Below are positions 19,641 through 29,469 of a DNA stretch of 64,000 bases, in pieces. The stretch is from NCBI GenBank assembly GCA_014729775.1, contig WJJJ01000006.1:16694-80693 (forward strand). The letters run 5' to 3'. Each line of letters starts with the position of its first letter. The stretch's first letter is position 1. A model generated the notes under the pieces. That model did no database searches, was not told the origin of the DNA, and was given only the letters and a program-made list of their open reading frames with translations. This DNA comes from Candidatus Omnitrophota bacterium. GTDB lineage: Bacteria; Omnitrophota; Gorgyraeia; Duberdicusellales; 4484-171. The position numbers and the translations under genes were made by a program.

Positions 19641-20857
19641 CGCTCCCGGTAAAGCTCCTTTGCTCCTTCCAGCTTCTTCTTATATTTCTTCAAGGTTTCT
19701 TCGACCGGCGCCTGCTCAATGACAATTTCCCGAAACGCTTCGGTCACGTATTTTACGTAAGCCGGCCACCAGGTCACATTTTCGCGGAATTCGCCGTGTT
19801 TCATGGCTTTCTGCACGGAAGCGTAATACTGCTTCTGCCACTCTTCCACCTGACCGTAGGCATCCGTCCGCATGGACGGCCATCCAAGTTCGCCTACCAG
19901 CAACTCCTGGACTTCTTTCGACTGGAGAAACCAGATGAATTTTCGTGCCAGCTCTTTTCTGGCGCTGATCGAGGGAATTCCCAGCACGTCGCCGCCGATC
20001 ACGTGCCGCTCTCCGTGGGGCCCTTTCCAGCCGCTGTAGGTCCCGATGAAATCAAGTCCGTACTCTTTTACCAGAATGGTCACGCCAAACGGCCAGTTCT
20101 GCGCCAGATAGACCTGCTGATTTGCGATCATCCTGTTGGTGGTATCCCACTTGGCCCGCTGGGATCCCTGCGCGGCATACGGCCACAGCTTCTGTAGAAA
20201 AGCGAACGCCCGGATACAGCCCTCGTCATCAAAGGCGTACGGTTCACCGCCGGCCTGCAGGATGAATTCATACACCTGGGTAGCGGTCGGATTGCCGCCG
20301 AAACCTTTGAGCAGGATCCTTCCCCGCTCTTCCTTTTCTTTGAGCATTTTCGCGGTTTCCCGCAACTGCTCCCAGGTGCGGGGAACTTCAAGACCATATT
20401 CATCAAACTTTTCCTTATGGTAATAGACAATCTGTACGTTCGGACGAAAAGGCATGAACAGCAGTCTCCCGTCGAACTTCAGTGACTGTACAAGCGAGGG
20501 AATCGTATTGGCCGGGATCTCGTCCTCATATTGGCTGAGGTCCTCGACCAGCCCCTTATTCACCAGCACGGCCAGATTCATGTTATCCTGCGCGACCACG
20601 TCGATTTCCGCTTTACCCGCTTTCTGGAGCGCGTCGAGTTTGGTAGCGAGGCTGCCCGATTCGATCTGGATTCCTTCCACCTTCACGCCGTACCGGCTTT
20701 CGAAGAGAGGAAAGACTTTCGAACGCATGACCTGCCACTCGGATTCTCCGAGACTCATTGTGACCGTCAGACGATCTTTCGAACCGGAACCGGGCCCGCA
20801 GGAAATCAAAGCGAAGAGGAAGACGGCGGAGGCGCAGAAGAGAAATGGTTTTTTCAT
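19637..20857 (-). CDS. Carbohydrate ABC transporter substrate-binding lipoprotein
   Basis: Lipobox LISC, VPRTWEQL, NWPF and IGGDVLGI. First gene of the operon. Confidence 0.9.
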   Translation of the reverse strand: MKKPFLFCASAVFLFALISCGPGSGSKDRLTVTMSLGESEWQVMRSKVFPLFESRYGVKVEGIQIESGSLATKLDALQKAGKAEIDVVAQDNMNLAVLVNKGLVEDLSQYEDEIPANTIPSLVQSLKFDGRLLFMPFRPNVQIVYYHKEKFDEYGLEVPRTWEQLRETAKMLKEKEERGRILLKGFGGNPTATQVYEFILQAGGEPYAFDDEGCIRAFAFLQKLWPYAAQGSQRAKWDTTNRMIANQQVYLAQNWPFGVTILVKEYGLDFIGTYSGWKGPHGERHVIGGDVLGIPSISARKELARKFIWFLQSKEVQELLVGELGWPSMRTDAYGQVEEWQKQYYASVQKAMKHGEFRENVTWWPAYVKYVTEAFREIVIEQAPVEETLKKYKKKLEGAKELYRER

Positions 20858-20863
20858 ACCGTC

Positions 20864-20872
20864 ATTATAACA
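20864..20872 (-). promoter_or_regulatory. Extended -10 promoter (TGTTATAAT), 6 nt before ATG
   Basis: Minus strand reads TGTTATAATgacggtATG with no Shine-Dalgarno. Confidence 0.65.
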
Positions 20873-20964
20873 AAAATAGCACAAGCCGTAAGTTTTTTCG
20901 AATAAGCGCGAGAAAGGAACGCCCTCTTACAGCCGGTACCCCGCGAAGGAGGGAAGAGATACGC

Positions 20965-21813
20965 TCATTTCCACTTTCTTCTGCTCAACAAGTACTCACT
21001 GCTCACCGTACGGCTGGTATCGAGCAGCAGCACCAGTTTTATTTCACCGTTCTTTACCAGCGGATAAAACGAACGGATGTCATGCCGATTCACGACCGTA
21101 AACGGCTCTTGTGTCTCAATGAGTCCTTTGAATTTTTTTTCTTCGTTCTTCTCGGGGACAAACAGCCGGTCGGCCGCGGCGGATAGCGATCCTTCCTCAT
21201 CCTGGTTATAATCCCAGGGAGTAATCTGATAGAAGACCATTCCCCGCTGTCCTTTTTTGGGAATGAGCAGGGTGACACTGCGCGCCCCCTCTTCCAGCGA
21301 TAACAGCATCTCATCCCGGACCAGATACAATTCATTGATCGGCGCATCTTCTTCGATCAGCTCGACCATCCGATCGCCCAGAGTGGAACCGGCTACCGTT
21401 TCCAGCTGCTGCTCAATTTCGGTCACTCTATGCCGGGCTGCGTTGCGTTCCACAAATCCCTGGTAGGCTACGATCATCACGATCGCCGCGAGTGACGCGA
21501 TCACGACATTACGAAACCGGCGTGAACTCCTGATCACGTTTGCGGGATCAACGGGCTCCTTTTCTTTCGCGAGACGGCTTATCGACCGGGATATCAGGCT
21601 CAAGGTCAGCACCAAGTGCAAAATCGCCAGCGCGGCTAAAGCACCGAGGCTCAGACCGAAAGCCGCAAAAAACGTGGACGCGATCGCGCTATTGAAGAAT
21701 GACCACTGGAAGACGGTTCCTGCCAGGATTAAGGCAAAACACATCAAATCAAACCACACCAAAAACATGATCAATTTTAAGGCCAAATCCTGCAAGCGCT
21801 TTAAATAATTCAT
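20965..21813 (-). CDS. Hypothetical membrane protein
   Basis: Three TM segments and a soluble C domain. RBS AGGGAG. Confidence 0.7.
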   Translation of the reverse strand: MNYLKRLQDLALKLIMFLVWFDLMCFALILAGTVFQWSFFNSAIASTFFAAFGLSLGALAALAILHLVLTLSLISRSISRLAKEKEPVDPANVIRSSRRFRNVVIASLAAIVMIVAYQGFVERNAARHRVTEIEQQLETVAGSTLGDRMVELIEEDAPINELYLVRDEMLLSLEEGARSVTLLIPKKGQRGMVFYQITPWDYNQDEEGSLSAAADRLFVPEKNEEKKFKGLIETQEPFTVVNRHDIRSFYPLVKNGEIKLVLLLDTSRTVSSEYLLSRRKWK

Positions 21814-21877
21814 CGCTCCCTCCTTGCCTGTTCTGTTCCGCGTATTATTTCACTTGGAATCATCGCACACCCTCTGT

Positions 21878-22444
21878 TTACTTGAACCCGGCAGCGTAAT
21901 CGAAATCCCTCTGCATCACTGCCGCCTCGGTAACCAGATAGTAAGGGTAACGCACTCTGACCCGCCGGTATGCACTTTCCCCTCGCCAGGTCTTTTTGAA
22001 CCCCTCGGTGATTTTCAACCGCCGCAGCTCTACTGACAGCAAAGGAATGGTGCGTATTCCCCGAAGTACCCGAAACGTGCCTTTTACGTGAGGGTCTGCC
22101 GCAAACCAGGCAAAACTGTGCAGAGAATTTCGTAAATCGCGGCCGCAAGCCGTACGGCATGTACACTTATCCATATCTCCGTAACGGCGTTTCAGACGTT
22201 CGGCATCCTGGTAGCGAAGCACCAGGACATCGGCCCGGCTTGGGCCTGAGGGAGCAAACCCGTACACCAGATACCTGACCCTGCGAGCATCTTCCGAGAT
22301 CACCGCCCTGTACCGGTACCTGCGGCTTTCAATTACAATCTCACTTCCCTCTCGGGTAACTTTCTCCGGGGGAACCCGGTCACATCCCGCGGCCAACAGA
22401 ACAAAAAGCAGTGCCGCTAAAACCGATCGCGACCCTTTCCTCAT
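21878..22444 (-). CDS. Hypothetical lipoprotein
   Basis: MRKGSR...LLAAGC lipobox starting at ATG 22444. Confidence 0.6.
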   Translation of the reverse strand: MRKGSRSVLAALLFVLLAAGCDRVPPEKVTREGSEIVIESRRYRYRAVISEDARRVRYLVYGFAPSGPSRADVLVLRYQDAERLKRRYGDMDKCTCRTACGRDLRNSLHSFAWFAADPHVKGTFRVLRGIRTIPLLSVELRRLKITEGFKKTWRGESAYRRVRVRYPYYLVTEAAVMQRDFDYAAGFK

Positions 22445-22448
22445 TGGC

Positions 22449-23159
22449 TCATCCTTCCACCTGCCGCTCCTTGCGGCACCCGGAGGAAAACTGCGTTTTA
22501 ATCTTCTCACGGGAAAAAAATATCGACGTCAATGCCAGAGCGACCAGATAGATGCACGCGGAAACATACACAATATTCAGGTAAATTTGGGGAATAAAAT
22601 CCCACATGCCGCGCGCGCCCGGTCCGGAAGGAATCAACGACGCGCTCTGCCCGTTCAGATACTTGGTAAACGCGTGAAAACGCGCGGCCAGCCGGGAAAC
22701 GGGAAAGGTCGTCAGGTAGGCGCTTACGAACAGCAAAACGAGCCACGCGAACACGGCGGCAAAGCTGAACGCGATCCATTTCCTGGCGTCGGGACGAAGC
22801 CTGATAAGCGAATACCCGGTAAAGACCAGTACCCCCGCGGAAAGCGCCGAACACACAATGAACAGCAACGCGGAAACCGGCACGCCGGGCCGCATGATAA
22901 ACCGTTGGTGGAAACGGCGGATATCCGCGCGAATATCCTTCAGCTCCCGTCTCGCGCGCGCCGCCCGCTCGGGATTCTCTGCCGCTTTCTCATCCGTCAA
23001 TCGTTCTAATTCCCCGGTACGGGTGACCATCCCGCGGTACATGTGCGGAACGACGTCACGGTAGGCAAAGTAGGTCAATACCCCGCGCGCGCAGAGCAAC
23101 CCGAACAAAATAAACAGAATTCCGAAAATAATCACCCCCGCCGAGGGTTTTTTCATCAT
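22449..23159 (-). CDS. Hypothetical multi-pass membrane protein (paralog of 26552-27124)
   Basis: RBS AAAGGAGG. KKPSAGVIIFG...LIRLRPDARK...FFSREKIKTQF. Confidence 0.7.
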   Translation of the reverse strand: MMKKPSAGVIIFGILFILFGLLCARGVLTYFAYRDVVPHMYRGMVTRTGELERLTDEKAAENPERAARARRELKDIRADIRRFHQRFIMRPGVPVSALLFIVCSALSAGVLVFTGYSLIRLRPDARKWIAFSFAAVFAWLVLLFVSAYLTTFPVSRLAARFHAFTKYLNGQSASLIPSGPGARGMWDFIPQIYLNIVYVSACIYLVALALTSIFFSREKIKTQFSSGCRKERQVEG

Positions 23160-23299
23160 ACCTCCTTTCACACCGCCGCTGCGGTTTCAGTACCTGAAAT
23201 CTTCCACACGCGTCCGGCAATGCTGTTTCGAATTTGCCGAAACCGAATCACACAAAACAAAAAGGCGAAAAGAGAATATATCTCGCCGGCACACGGCCT

Positions 23300-24301
23300 T
23301 CATCTTTGAGATGATCGTTTGCGAAGAAAAGCCGCAGTTTTTCGCATCAGATACTTTCTCCATCCGCCTCTCAAAAAAACCGCTGATTCACGTTCCGACA
23401 ACACTCCGCGATCCCGCATCGCCTTTAACTGCATATAGGCCAGATTGAACTGACTCAGTGTACACATAAAGGTCTTGTTATACTGATCAGCGCAGTAATG
23501 CATCGGGCACTTGATAACCTTAGGAGCGGTACGCCATCCGGAAAAAAGATCACCGATTTTATTGGTATTCCGAATGAGCATGGACAGGCACGGAAAGACC
23601 TCATACCGGTCATTCAGACAAAAGGCCGTACATCCCGCCTGACAGTATTCTCCGTGCGGATTATGGAGTACGATCTTCGCCAGGGAGTTATACCGGAATA
23701 CCAGATCAAGCTCTTCTTTCGAATAGGAAACAGATCCCTGGTGAAACGGATAATTCCGCCCCTGATATTCTCCGCAGAACAACACCGGCATCACTTTAAT
23801 CCCGTGCGCCCGGAAAAGATCAATGTCTTTTTCCAACCTGGAGAATAACGGCGGATACGTGACATAATCGCCGGCCATTCTGAAACCTTTCGCCTGAAAC
23901 TCTTTAACTAGCACGATCAGATCCATGAGATCGAGACCGCGCTTTTCCCTTTCAAGCGCGTGAACGGAAAAGATAATCTCCGTGATCCGCTCAGGGCCCA
24001 CAGCATCGAGAAACGTCCGGCATCTGTCCGTGAGAGAAAGATTCGAATCGATCCGGACATAATGCTTTCTCTTCACTTCCTGAACAAACTCAATGAGATT
24101 AGGGATGAGAAAAGGCTCCCCTCCGCATATAGAAACCAGCAAAGTCCGGCCGAAACGGTCAAGTCCCTGCATGATACGGCCGATATCCAGCGTTTTGACG
24201 GAACGAGGGTCGCCGCAGTGCTGTCCACAGTATACACAGGAAAAGTTGCACACGTAGGACGGATGCATAAACACAAGAGTGTCGTAATCAACAAGTTCCA
24301 T
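23300..24301 (-). CDS. Radical SAM protein with C-terminal Cys-rich (Twitch/SPASM-like) extension
   Basis: CNFSCVYC, GGEP and C-terminal CQAG...FPC...CPMHYC. Confidence 0.88.
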   Translation of the reverse strand: MELVDYDTLVFMHPSYVCNFSCVYCGQHCGDPRSVKTLDIGRIMQGLDRFGRTLLVSICGGEPFLIPNLIEFVQEVKRKHYVRIDSNLSLTDRCRTFLDAVGPERITEIIFSVHALEREKRGLDLMDLIVLVKEFQAKGFRMAGDYVTYPPLFSRLEKDIDLFRAHGIKVMPVLFCGEYQGRNYPFHQGSVSYSKEELDLVFRYNSLAKIVLHNPHGEYCQAGCTAFCLNDRYEVFPCLSMLIRNTNKIGDLFSGWRTAPKVIKCPMHYCADQYNKTFMCTLSQFNLAYMQLKAMRDRGVLSERESAVFLRGGWRKYLMRKTAAFLRKRSSQR

Positions 24302-25034
24302 TTCTTACTCCCTTCCGTGAGACGCTGCTGATCTTTCTTATCGCAGCCCTGACCGCCGACAGACCGGATTTTAACTGCCGCCGGCGCACCTGGCGTCGTA
24401 TGTGCTTGAGTTGTTCGATCTTCAGCTGGAGCGAACCGATCTTTCTGCCGTTCCTTTCGCAGGGCACCGTCCCGTTCGCGTGATGAAGCACAATATCCCG
24501 CGGGGGATTCCCCCCGTGAGTCATCGCCCAGAATTGCCGCGGCAAAACATCCCAGCGCAGTCCGATAGTGTTTTCCTGCAGAATAGCGTTTATCGCGGAC
24601 TGATCGAAATGTCTCATCTTTTCATAATCGATTTTCAGTACCGCCTCGAAAAAAGACAGTGTCTTTTCGTTGCAGCGGATCACCATAAACCCGCTGTTGA
24701 TCTCTTTCTGCGGCCAGTGTTCGGCCTGAAACAGGATATCCTTTCCCTTGATCTCCCGGCGGATAAGAGGGGTGCATTCCCGAAAAAACTGGATGTCGAG
24801 ATCTGACCAGATGATCACCTTCCCGTAATTCTCTTTTACCAAGCGAACCAGATATTGCAGTTTTATCCTGACCAGCTCAAGGAACCCCGGAGACGACCAA
24901 TCGCCGCCGCCTTCACCGGCGGCCCCCAGATAGTCGATTCGTACATCCCAATCATCCCGCAATGTCTTCAGAAAGATCTTTTTAAAATATTCCGCCTCAT
25001 CCGTGCACAGCGCGTACAAGCTGAATGATGACAT
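24288..25034 (-). CDS. Nucleotide-diphospho-sugar transferase (GT77-like GT-A fold)
   Basis: SDLDI (DxD), INSGFM, DQSAIN and HHAN motifs. Confidence 0.8.
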   Translation of the reverse strand: MSSFSLYALCTDEAEYFKKIFLKTLRDDWDVRIDYLGAAGEGGGDWSSPGFLELVRIKLQYLVRLVKENYGKVIIWSDLDIQFFRECTPLIRREIKGKDILFQAEHWPQKEINSGFMVIRCNEKTLSFFEAVLKIDYEKMRHFDQSAINAILQENTIGLRWDVLPRQFWAMTHGGNPPRDIVLHHANGTVPCERNGRKIGSLQLKIEQLKHIRRQVRRRQLKSGLSAVRAAIRKISSVSRKGVRNGTC

Positions 25035-25058
25035 GAGCAGCTCCTTTTTTTCAGCAGT

Positions 25059-26360
25059 TTATCCAAGGAAGTTTTTCCGAACGAAATCGCGGACGCGCAA
25101 TACGATGTTGTCCATGTTCAGATATTCCCAATTGCCGTTTCGTCCCAACAAAAAAACGTTCCGCGCTTCCAGCGTATCTTTGATTCCCTTTTTCACCTCC
25201 GCAAGACCCAAGGTAGGTATCATGTAGGTATATTCGACCCGCCTGATATCTGTCACTTGCACATCCTCAGCCGACCGCAGGACTCCGATCCGCATGAGAT
25301 CGTTTACGACCGCCCCGCTCATCTCTTCCGGTGACATACCGGAAGCGCGTCCTTTATCCGTAATCTCAGCCACGGCCGCGGCAGGAAAACGGTTACTGAA
25401 ATTATGCATGAGCGTAAGTCGGTAAAAAACCTCATCACCTTTGAAAAACACCCAGTGGCAATCATCTATCATACGGAATCGCGCGCCATCCTTAAGCCCT
25501 ACCATGATAAAGAACGTATGATTCCATCTGAGTTGGTCATAATGAGATCGGATCCCTTCCATTTCAATCGCGCGGAGCAGCTCCGGCAGGGGAATCGTGG
25601 AAATCACCGTATCTGCCTCAAATTTCTGCCCACGGGTCGTAAAGATACCCCACCGACCGTTTTGCTGCCGCAGATGGCTGACTTTCGCGTTCGTCACGAC
25701 CCTGTTCTGTATGTCCCGGCCGATATGATCTGTCAGGGCCTGAACGCCTTCCCGGGGATAGATGAATTTGGCCTGATACGCTCTGCCGACTTCTTTTTTC
25801 CAGAACACGTTTTTCATGAACTCTAATGGTGCGGCCGGTTCGATCTTGACGCTTACCAGGTCGGAAGATATCTCCGATAAAGGACAGTTCCATATTTTCC
25901 GGTTATAAGGCACCATGAAATGCCGAGCGGTACCGAATCCGGAATAACTTTCGATCCATTCCGCAAGCGTGTGGACATCTTTCTTCCGCCGGGCAAAGAC
26001 GTACCCTAACACACATTCAAGCTTTTCCCGGATCGGCAGATCCCGTATACCATTTTCAAAAGGATAATCGAGCAGGACTGTCCGGCCGTTTCCTTTGCGA
26101 TGGACAATCTTGACATTTCTGTCAGAATATTGATAGTCAAGCGGCAGGGAACAAAAAAAATCCATCGCTTCCTGGCTGCGGCTGTAGATCGCATGGACGG
26201 CAAAATCCCAACGGTAAGGCCCGGTGGTATTCGTACGGCATAACCCTCCGGTCCTCGGTTCTTTTTCCAGGACTACGAAATCCTTCCCCTGTTCGTTCAG
26301 ACGGCGTCCAAGTTCCAGACCCGCCAGACCGCCTCCCAACACTGCTATTTTAACGGACAT
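25059..26360 (-). CDS. FAD-dependent oxidoreductase, UDP-galactopyranose mutase/HemY-like
   Basis: GGGLAG dinucleotide fold, GGLCRT, YNRKIW, FIYP, FYR and GRNGNWEYLNMD. Confidence 0.8.
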   Translation of the reverse strand: MSVKIAVLGGGLAGLELGRRLNEQGKDFVVLEKEPRTGGLCRTNTTGPYRWDFAVHAIYSRSQEAMDFFCSLPLDYQYSDRNVKIVHRKGNGRTVLLDYPFENGIRDLPIREKLECVLGYVFARRKKDVHTLAEWIESYSGFGTARHFMVPYNRKIWNCPLSEISSDLVSVKIEPAAPLEFMKNVFWKKEVGRAYQAKFIYPREGVQALTDHIGRDIQNRVVTNAKVSHLRQQNGRWGIFTTRGQKFEADTVISTIPLPELLRAIEMEGIRSHYDQLRWNHTFFIMVGLKDGARFRMIDDCHWVFFKGDEVFYRLTLMHNFSNRFPAAAVAEITDKGRASGMSPEEMSGAVVNDLMRIGVLRSAEDVQVTDIRRVEYTYMIPTLGLAEVKKGIKDTLEARNVFLLGRNGNWEYLNMDNIVLRVRDFVRKNFLG

Positions 26361-26551
26361 ATCTTTACAGGTGACACAAAAACGGTAAAGCCTGCTCTAA
26401 TTTTTCTCTGCCTCTATCAATTATACACTATCCCCGGGCAGATGGGTATCCCTGCCTCGCGCGGGGCGTCCGCCGACGCCGGTATCTCATTCGCGAACGC
26501 GTCCTCATCAAGAAAAATCATGCATACCCTGTCTTTCCGCACCGGCCCAGC

Positions 26552-27124
26552 TCATTCGAACTGTTCTCTCACCTCGGACCGGGTAAAGAAAAACACCACC
26601 GCGCCCACGACCGCGGATAATAATACTATTTCACGGATGATCATCATTTCATAAATCTGAAACACATTCCCTATGACCGTGCTTATACTTCCGGAAACAC
26701 CGCTGTTCTCAACCGCCACTCCCGCGACGATCACCGCGACCATGTTCCCCAGCATCGAAACCGAAGTAATCACCTTACAGATCCCGCCGGTGATCACCGC
26801 GCCCAGCGTAATTTTCCTCCAGTCTTCCTTCAAGCGCAGAATATTTATCCCTCCCCAGAATGTGAGGAACGCCATGAACGGCAGAAGCACGAATACCACG
26901 CTGAGCGACCACGGATTGGCAAACTCTTTCTCAAAAAAACCAACGATCAGAGAAAGCTGCCGCGGCGACAAATGAGCCGAAGCGCCCTGCAGCCAGTGGA
27001 GAAGCACCGGCTTGTTGACGATCCACAAATAGATCATAAATACCGCCTGAAAAAAAATCACCCCTCCGGCGACAGACAACAGCACGCCCATCACCGTAAC
27101 CCCGATTGATCTTCGCGTATTCAT
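26552..27124 (-). CDS. Hypothetical multi-pass membrane protein (paralog of 22449-23159)
   Basis: RRSIGVTVMG...ILRLKEDWRK...FFTRSEVREQF. Confidence 0.7.
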   Translation of the reverse strand: MNTRRSIGVTVMGVLLSVAGGVIFFQAVFMIYLWIVNKPVLLHWLQGASAHLSPRQLSLIVGFFEKEFANPWSLSVVFVLLPFMAFLTFWGGINILRLKEDWRKITLGAVITGGICKVITSVSMLGNMVAVIVAGVAVENSGVSGSISTVIGNVFQIYEMMIIREIVLLSAVVGAVVFFFTRSEVREQFE

Positions 27125-27255
27125 ACTCCGCCTTTCTTTTCTTCGGGTCTCCTCGCCCATCCCGGGTCCACACTCTCCCTATCCGGACCGGGCCTCCCTG
27201 ACACATCTTCCCCGCGCATTCCCAAAACGCCCAGAGGAATAATCCTCTTATTCCC

Positions 27256-27286
27256 CCATTTGTCCACCCCGGCGGTGGACAAATGG
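27256..27286. repeat. Perfect 13-bp inverted repeat (REP-like hairpin or terminator)
   Basis: CCATTTGTCCACC-ccggc-GGTGGACAAATGG. Confidence 0.75.
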
Positions 27287-27342
27287 CTGCACCAGCCGGC
27301 CCGAGACCCGTGCCCCCAATACATCAGCACCGGATCATTTCA

Positions 27343-27978
27343 TTATTCATGTATGTACGCCCACTTCCTCATTCTCTCTATCGAGCCGCCGAACGCGTAT
27401 TCCGGATAGTTCTGCTCCGGGTAATACAGAAATATATCCCAATTCAGAATCCCCAGGGGCGTCTCCACGTACAGAACCCAGGGATTGCCGTGCCACTGCC
27501 TTGAGCTATCGGCCCGTTCATAACGGTATTCCGGATACGCGCCCATATCGGTCCCGGGGATTTTTTCAATATACTGGGGCACCAGCGCCTCAAGATTATC
27601 CGGCGGTTCCCCTTTATCCGCAGTGTACTGCCTGATCGCCTCGACCAGCGGTTCGGACCGTTCTGCCAGTGCGCGAAACCGCCGCGCGCGGACGTCCACC
27701 GCGGCGCGAACTGCCAGCGTAATGCCGACAAACAGAATAGACGCCAAAAGCATTGATACCGCGAATCGCCGCGGTCGGGGAAACAGTGCCAGCACCGCCG
27801 CCGCCGGCACCAGCAGGACCGCCGCCACAAACGGCAGAACAAAAAAGACCGATGCCTGCTGGAGAGCCATAGACCCCCGCGGGGAAAGCGCATACCATTT
27901 TAAAAATAGCTCTATACCGTTGACCACCAACGCTATGCCGCCTGCGGCCAGCATAGTCACGATCATTTTTTTCTTCAT
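27343..27978 (-). CDS. Hypothetical membrane protein with pseudopilin-like helix motif
   Basis: Three TM helices, then LVEAIRQYTADKGEPPDNLEALVPQYIEKIP. Confidence 0.7.
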   Translation of the reverse strand: MKKKMIVTMLAAGGIALVVNGIELFLKWYALSPRGSMALQQASVFFVLPFVAAVLLVPAAAVLALFPRPRRFAVSMLLASILFVGITLAVRAAVDVRARRFRALAERSEPLVEAIRQYTADKGEPPDNLEALVPQYIEKIPGTDMGAYPEYRYERADSSRQWHGNPWVLYVETPLGILNWDIFLYYPEQNYPEYAFGGSIERMRKWAYIHE

Positions 27979-28136
27979 CTTCCTCCTTGAGCCTTCTCTT
28001 CAGTAAACAAAAGAACAATTCTCAATACCCGCCCCCCACAAGGATTTCATCAATCACTAAGATGGCAGGCATCACTGTATTCAACTCTTTCGCTATTCTT
28101 TCTTTTCTTGCATTCCTCCGCCACCGCATCAAATCG

Positions 28137-28784
28137 TTACTCTTTCATTTTCGTGCGTTCACCTATTCTCTTTTTTATGGCTGTGAGAAAATAATCTATA
28201 AGCCCGATGATCTGTCTATTTTCTTTGAATCGCTCACTTTTCTGAAAAAGCTCTTTTGCCTTTAAGAATTCATTTTCGGCTCTTGAGTAATCTTTCAGGT
28301 AAAAATAACACTGCGCCCGCGCGTCATACAGACGCGGATCATCGGGAGCTATTTCAAGCGCTTTGTTAAAATACCTGAGCGCCTCTCTTTCGTCACGCAT
28401 GCTGAAATATGTCCACCCCAGCCCCTCATAGGCTTGCGCGCGCTCGGGGGCTAATTCCATGGCTATTTGAAACTTCGCAAGAGCGGACGGGTAGTTCCCC
28501 TTGTGAAGGAATTCGTTCCCCTGCGCGATATACAACTCGAATTTTCCCTGGCTGTCGCGGCCACCGGTATCTCGAACATCCCCGGTGATTTTTACGTTAT
28601 CAATACTCTCGATATCTTCCAGGTAATATGTGATGGGCACCCCGCTGATATCCACCTTTATTCTCTCTTCTGTTTTCTCGATAACCGGCGCTTCTATCGT
28701 CTTCCCGGACTTCAGCAGAATATTTTCCGCGGCCAGCGAAAAAGCACACCAAACGCAGAAGAGAAATACCGTGATCTTTCTCAT
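28137..28784 (-). CDS. Secreted TPR protein with shared N-terminal module
   Basis: Signal peptide, module LLKSGKTIEA...TYYLEDIESI and three TPR repeats (AYEGLG...KALEIAP). Confidence 0.85.
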   Translation of the reverse strand: MRKITVFLFCVWCAFSLAAENILLKSGKTIEAPVIEKTEERIKVDISGVPITYYLEDIESIDNVKITGDVRDTGGRDSQGKFELYIAQGNEFLHKGNYPSALAKFQIAMELAPERAQAYEGLGWTYFSMRDEREALRYFNKALEIAPDDPRLYDARAQCYFYLKDYSRAENEFLKAKELFQKSERFKENRQIIGLIDYFLTAIKKRIGERTKMKE

Positions 28785-29469
28785 GTTTTTTCCTTCGTAG
28801 ATGTTCTAGACCCCGTGTTTCACAAGTGATACACCGGTCTTCCTATTCCAGATGCATCGGCCCCCGGGGTGGATAAATGGACTCTGCAATCCCTCAGTTT
28901 CGCGCCGTTTTTCTGCCTTTTCATAAATTAAAATTGCGAAACGTATTTCCAGACTTCCTGAGACAAAAATGTAAATCCCTCTACCCGCCTATTTTTCGTA
29001 AAAAAATCCCGAATACAACACACAACACTACACCGCGCCTACAGAGAGAATATCAACTAGGATACAGGCCCTCAAATAACCAAGCTCCCTTTTTAATGGG
29101 AGGGCTTTCCGGTGGACCGGGGCAAGATCGGTGAAATATTTTTGCCGATCGGTAACAAGCTTATATCTCCCGATTTTAAGCTTTTCCTTTACACTTACCT
29201 AAAAGCTCCTGATCCCGCGCTCGGCGTTTCGTTTATTCAATTGATTTTCCCTTAGGAAAAATCCGTAGAAGATTTTCGCAGGGTGAGCGGGGAAGGAAAA
29301 AGCGGTATCTGAGCGAATGGACGAGCGAGTTCGCTTTTTTCCAGTGAAAGCGGCGAAACACTACACCCAAAACATCATGCGATGCTGCACCCTCAGCTTT
29401 CCGGCACGCTCTTCTCGCCTTCCTCCCACTCCTCCCCCGCCGGGAGGGTCCATCGCGCAAGGTGGACTC

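Noticed and set aside
28868-28876. DnaA-box-like GGTGGATAA suggesting oriC
   Set aside because: A single mismatched box, better explained as half of the 27256 hairpin motif. No box cluster or dnaA nearby.
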